Of a DNA stretch of 64,000 nt, positions 58,420-64,000 are shown one piece after another. The position numbers were made by a program, and so were the translations under genes. Source of the DNA: the human T2T-CHM13v2.0 reference genome, Homo sapiens; assembly GCF_009914755.1 (NCBI RefSeq), contig NC_060925.1. One strand, written 5' to 3'. Each line of letters opens with the position of its first letter. The first letter of the stretch is position 1. The notes beneath the pieces are model-generated. The model did not search any database. It worked only from the letters and a program-made list of their open reading frames with translations, and was not told where the DNA came from.

Positions 58420-59500
58420 GGTTCATTCATATAACAAATTTTTGTTGAGTATCAATATTATATACAAAGCACTGGTCTAAATACTGGGGATACATCAGGG
58501 AACAAAACAATCCAAATCCCTGCCCTCATGGAACTTACATTGTTTACAGTGTAAAAATAAAACAGATAAATCATATACATAGTGCATTAGATGGTGATAC
58601 AGTACAAGGGGACGGGGTCGGTTTTGGTAGGAGGGCCTGATGGTGTACTTTTATATGGGGTAGTTAGGAAAGGCCTCACAGAGAAGTTGACTTTTGAATA
58701 AAGACCTGAAGAAAGCTAGGGATTAAGCCATATGGACATCTGGGGAACAAGCATTTTGAGAAAGAACAGCAAGTGTGAAGGCCCTGAGGAAGGAGGGTGT
58801 CTAGAGAGGTCAGGGAGGAGCTAGGAGAACCATATGGATGGAGCTTATCAACTAGGGGAGCCAGGTCAGGTAGAATCCTGTAGGTCATGATGAGACTTTG
58901 ACTTTAACTTGGGGTGAGTTAGGAAGCCTTTGGAGAGCTTCAAAGAGGTCAGTGACATGATTCAGCTTACATTTGAATAGGGTCACCCTAGCTGCTTTGT
59001 TGGGAATGGACTGAAAGGGGGCAAAGATGGAAGTAAGGAGACCAGTTAGGAGGCAATTGCAATAATATGAGTGAGAGATGATGGTGGCTTAGCCCAGAGG
59101 GTAGCAGTATGAATGGTGAGGAGGAGTGAAATTCTGGATAGGTTTTGAAGGAAGGAAAGGCTGATGGATTTATTGATGAACCTGACATGGGATATGCGAG
59201 ACAAAGGGGGAGGGTCATGATTATTTGAAGGCTTTTGGCTTGAGCAGCTGGTAGGATGGCATTGTAATTAACTAAGCTGTGGAGAATGGTGAGAAGAGCA
59301 GGTCTGTGTTTTATTGGGGAGGGGGGAAGGATCAGGAACTCAGGTTTAAACGTGAAGTTGGAGGTGGCTACTAGACATCCATAGAGGATCTTTTGTAGGC
59401 AGGTAGAAAAATGACTTGAATTCAGAGAAGTTTGTGGTGAAAAAATACATATATATCTGCATTATTGTAGTATATAGTTTTTAAGACCATGAGAATTAGG
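58420..59500 (-). mobile_element. L2 relic
   Basis: ttcattcat...ccctgccctcatggaacttaca...ggagaccagttaggaggc...attctggataggttttgaagg. Confidence 0.78.
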
Positions 59501-61786
59501 TGTGAATAAAGCTGATGTCATGAGTTTTATTAGTATATGGCCAAGATAGGGTTTTCTATTATATTCTGGGGGTCAACTGATTAGCTTCAGGGCTACTAAT
59601 CCAAGATAGCCATGTAGAGCAAGTATGTGTTAACTCTACAGGTGAGCTGGTGAGGGAAGGGGGTGGATCAGCTTAAGCCAGCCTCACTGCCAGGAAAGCA
59701 GCCTTGGGTGTTGAGTCAGCTCTGCTATCATCCTTTCTGTGAAGGGGAAGACATCCTGATTGCTATTATAGATATGAAGATAAACTCACCTGGATAATGT
59801 CATTTCACCATGTAGGCACTCCTCATCCACATGTTGAGACATGGGCATACACGTGCAATTGAATTCATTTCTTGTTTTTCTTGTGATACATTCACCTCAA
59901 GGTGAGACTTAGGTAGAGTTGACCAATGGGCTGGAGATCATGTGCTGAGGAAACCCTGAGAACACAGCTGCTCTCAACTTGTCATAAGGTGTTTCTTTCC
60001 AAGGAGCCCCAAATGGATTGTGCTATACTCATGGCATTATGGTTGGTAATGGAGGTGCAAAGAAGTAGAAGACTTGGAGAGTTCCCTTAAGGAACTTATC
60101 TGGTGGACTTACATGAAAATTCAAATAGTAATGCAAGATGGAAGGTGCCAGACAACAGAGGCATGAAATAGTTCATATGAGTCATGAGAAATTCTGAGTG
60201 AAATCCTAGGTGCCATAAAGTCAGGAAAGGCTCATTCACATAGGAGATTGGGCTTGAGCTGACCTTTGAGGAGTGGGAAGACTTAAATAAGTAAAGAGGA
60301 AGAGGGCTTCCTAGTGTGGTTGTGCAGGTTGTACATAAACAACTCTAAACAGCACCATAAATGTCACAATCCATGTGTATGGCCCCAAGATGGAAAGACA
60401 CTCCAGGAGGGAAAAAAAGCATGGAAAAAAACAAGGAGATAGAGTTACATAATACATGGAAAGTTTATTTGGCTGATGCTAGTCAAATATCCATCTACTT
60501 ATTTAGGAAATATTTATCGTCTGGCATCATTGAGATCACACTGAACAGAGTGGAAGATTCATTTAGGAAAGCAGTGACAAAAATGTGTGGGCTGTTGCTA
60601 TTCAATGTGAGGCCTTGAATGTCAAACCAAGGACTTAGGACTTTGCCCCATGGGCAATCAGGAGGTATAGAAGGTTTTGGATGAGAGGTTGATGTTTTAA
60701 AAATAGTGTTCTAGAAGGATATCTTGGCAACAATGTGCCAGATGGCTTGGGTTATGGGGTGACTTGTGGTGGGGAAGTGAAGGAAAACCATAAACCAGGA
60801 AAAGAGTGGAGAGTGTTAAAGGTAATTCAGTATGGGTTAACAGAAAGACATGGAGTCATTTTCAAACATACAGAGTCGACTGTACATTCACCAATTAGGT
60901 GCTTGGTAAATGCTTACTATGTCCGTGGTTCTCTAATACATGTAAAAGGGAGACAGAAAAAAATTCAACAGTAATAATCCCAGGTATATCTGTGAATATA
61001 AAACACATATCCACATTGCAAGTCAGCCTGTCAATAAGGGAGGACAGAACATAGATAAGCAGAATGAGATATAGTGAATAAATTTAATAACTGCCAACTA
61101 GTTAGCATTTATGGAGCTCCTTAATGGCTTAAAGCATGACTGTATCACATGAGTTTTTTTTACTACAACCCTATGAAATTAGTGTTATCAGCCATCTTTC
61201 AATTTCAATGAGGAAACCAAGATGCCGAGAGACTGAGTGACCTATTGTGCTACCTAGCCTTGCACTGTGCCAAGCTCAGTATCTCTACAATACATAGGTA
61301 GGGGAACCTCTAGTTACTGAGCCAGCTTTGTCAGCTGTGGCGAGGGTCATACCTGATGCAGCCATGAGTGCATCCCTTCCTCAAGGGGCATACAAGACCC
61401 TGCCGAGCTAAGACATCCAGTATGGGGTCTTTGTCACTGCCAAGAATGCCCCTGGCCATAATAACTGTCCTTGAGTAGCAAGAATAGCAGAGTCCCTACT
61501 CCCTGCTCCTGGATGAGTTAGGTCAACAGGGACTCCACCAACTCTCCATGGCACTGGTCCATCAGAGCTGCCTCATGCCTATTTCCATGCCTAGGTTATG
61601 CTGTAGGAAGCATTGGCATATCCAAGGCTAGATCTTTCATTTCCTTCCCCTGCGAGTCTTCTGTAATTGCTTGGAACTCTGGGAAGTCCAGCTTTTGGCT
61701 TAGTAGAGGGCTGTTCTTTCACTGAGTCAGGGCCCTTTCATGATGGAACCTCTTCTGATTATGAAGGTAATGTTAGAGTAGTTGGT

Positions 61787-62162
61787 GGGTATATTTGCTA
61801 GGGCTGCCATAACAAAACACCACAGACTACTGGCTTAAACAGAAATTTACTTTCTCATAGTTCTGGAGGCTGGGAGTCCTAGAGCCAAGGTGTTGGCAGG
61901 TTTGTTTTGTCCTGAGCCTCTCTCCTTGGCTTGCAGATGGCCCCCTTCTTGCTGTGTCCTCCCATGTTCTTTTTCTGTGTGCATGCATCTTTTGTGTACA
62001 AGTTTACTTTTCTTGTAATAATACCAGTAAGGTTGGATTAGGGCCCACCCTATTGACCTGATTTTTAAACCACATCACCTCTTTAAAAGGCCCTGTCTCC
62101 AAATATAGTGGGAGTTATGGCCTTGGGGTGAATTTTGGTGGGAGACACAATTCCGATCATAA
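61787..62162. mobile_element. MLT1A/B-type MaLR solo LTR
   Basis: ctagggctgccataacaaaacaccacagact...tagttctggaggctgggagtcc...ggagacacaatt. Confidence 0.85.
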
Positions 62163-62992
62163 TCCTGGGGAAGCTCTTCCCACTCCACATTTCATTGTCC
62201 TGTTGTCCTTGCTCTCCTAATTCTACTTCCCTTCCCTCACCTTTTCTGGAAGTCTATTTGAGCCTGGATCCAGAAGATGCAAGGGAGAGATCTGAAGTGT
62301 TGCTTAAAAAAACCGCGACAGCCCACTTATGCTTAGGAGCTTTTTCTGGGCACCTTTCAGCAGCAACACACCCTCACAGTTGGACTTCCTGTGGTGAAGG
62401 AAATTTTCTAATTTCTTTTATTAGGCTAATTAGGAAAAGAAAAACAATCATTTTTTCTCAAATCAGATACTATAACTGGGACACAATGATTATTAATCAT
62501 CATCAGCTGCAATTGAAGTCCATTTGGTCATTCAACAAACATTCCCCAACCCCATTCCCACCTTTCCAATTATGCAACCCCTCAGTTAAAATCGCCATCT
62601 CCAGAAGGCTCTCCCTAACTAATTTGGCCCACAATGGTAAACCCCTTTTCAAAATTTGTGTAACATTTGACATCTGTATTACTTATTTGGTATGTATTAT
62701 AGTGTACCTTAAAATCTTTAATGTACACATATACATAACAAAATAAGTTCCTTAAGGACAAAAGACCACACTTTATATAATTTTTGTTTGCTGGAATTTA
62801 ACAGAGAGTAGGCACAGAAAAAGTTCTCAAATGTTTGCTGAATGATTAAATGATTAAATAATTTGAGGATGGGTATTTTTTGGGCCCATAAATTTAGAAA
62901 TTACTGTTAAATAACATTATATAGATTTCGTAGATTACAAATTTTGAAAAAATTGAACAGCAATAAAATACATTTTAAATTCAAACAACATA

Positions 62993-64000
62993 TGGACATA
63001 CCTTGGAGATATTGCAGGTTTGATTTCAGACCACTGCAATAAAGTGAATGACAATAAAGTAAATCACACAAATTTTTGTTTCCCAGTGCATATAAAAGTT
63101 ATGTTTACACTATATTGTAGTCTATTAAGTGTGCAATAACATCGTGTCAAAAAAACATATCTACATACCTTAAATAAGAAATATATTGCTAACAATCATC
63201 TGAGCCTTCAGAAAGTCTTAATCTTTAGCTAGTGGAGGGTCTTGCCTCAATGTTGATGGCTGTTGACTGATCTGAGTAGTGGTTGCTGAAGGTTGGGATG
63301 ACTGTGGCAGTGTCTTAAAACGTCTTAGTGTGTTTTTCTTGCTATAAAAGAATACCTGAGGCTGGATATTTTATAAAGAAAAGCTTTTTATTTGCCATAC
63401 AGTTCTGCAATCTATACAAGAAGCATGGCATTGGCGTCTGCCTCTGGTGAGGGCGTCAAGCTGCTCCCACTCATGGTGGAAGGCGAAGGGGAGCCTGCCA
63501 CATGGTGAGAGCAGGAAGCAAGAGAGTGGGGAGGGAGGTACCAGGCTCTTAAAAATTCTAGACAGAACTAATAGAGCAAGAATGGAGAACTCATCATCAT
63601 TAGGATGGCACCAGGCATCAAGCTATTCATGGGAGATCCACTCCCATGACCCAGACACCTCCCATTAGGCCCCACCTTCAACCCTAGAGATCCAATTTCA
63701 ACATGAGATTTGGAGGGTCAAATTTCCAAACTATAGCAATAAGAGAAGAATGATGCTTGCTGCAGCCATTGACACTTTCGTGAAAGATTTCTCTATAGCA
63801 TGTAATGCTGTTTGGTAGCATTTTACCAACAGTAGAACTTTTTTTGAAACTGAAGTCAATCCTCTCAAACCCTGCTGCTCTTCTATCAACTAAGTTTATG
63901 TAATTTTCTAAATTTTTTGTTGTCATTTCAACAACATTCACAGCATCTTTACAGGAGTAGATTTCATCTCAAAAAGTAAAAAGCAACTCCTCATCAATGA
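62993..64000 (-). mobile_element. Second Tigger1 fragment (runs off the window), split by an MST LTR
   Basis: cataccttggagatattgcaggtttgatttcagaccactgcaataaag; collinear with the copy at 3220-3830. Confidence 0.9.
63321..63738 (-). mobile_element. MST-family MaLR solo LTR nested in Tigger1
   Basis: (c)gtcttagt...gctataaaagaatacctgaggctgg...catgagatttggagggtcaaatttccaaactatagca; Tigger1 sequence resumes at 63739. Confidence 0.85.

Noticed and set aside
62135-62746. Longest ORF in the track (203 aa)
   Set aside because: Starts at GTG inside an MLT1 LTR end, has no recognisable domain and no exon signals; most likely a chance ORF.

Overview
Primate (most likely human, chr1q25.3) genomic DNA lying entirely inside CACNA1E, the gene for the R-type voltage-gated calcium channel Cav2.3, which is on the + strand. 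Three coding exons are present: 17199-17302, 18505-18657 and 20028-20209. Exon numbers 4-6 and residue numbers are from my recollection of the reference cDNA. Together they encode the domain I S3-S4 loop, S4 voltage sensor, S5 and the pore loop with the selectivity-filter Glu. They are flanked by very long introns (more than 17 kb upstream and more than 43 kb downstream within the window) filled with Alu, L1, L2, MIR, MaLR LTR, Tigger and hAT relics. I found no prokaryotic-type system, CRISPR array or RNA gene, and nothing that proves a new biological system. The best leads concern RNA processing: (1) an exon 4-6 circRNA candidate bracketed by inverted L1 and Alu pairs, with a junction-spanning 137-codon ORF; (2) a deep-intronic 3' splice site with a perfect TACTAAC branch point that opens in frame with exon 6; (3) recursive-splice-like AG|GT sites; (4) several perfect palindromes in decayed transposons that look like template-switch products. 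Repeat boundaries and subfamily names were assigned by eye and are approximate.
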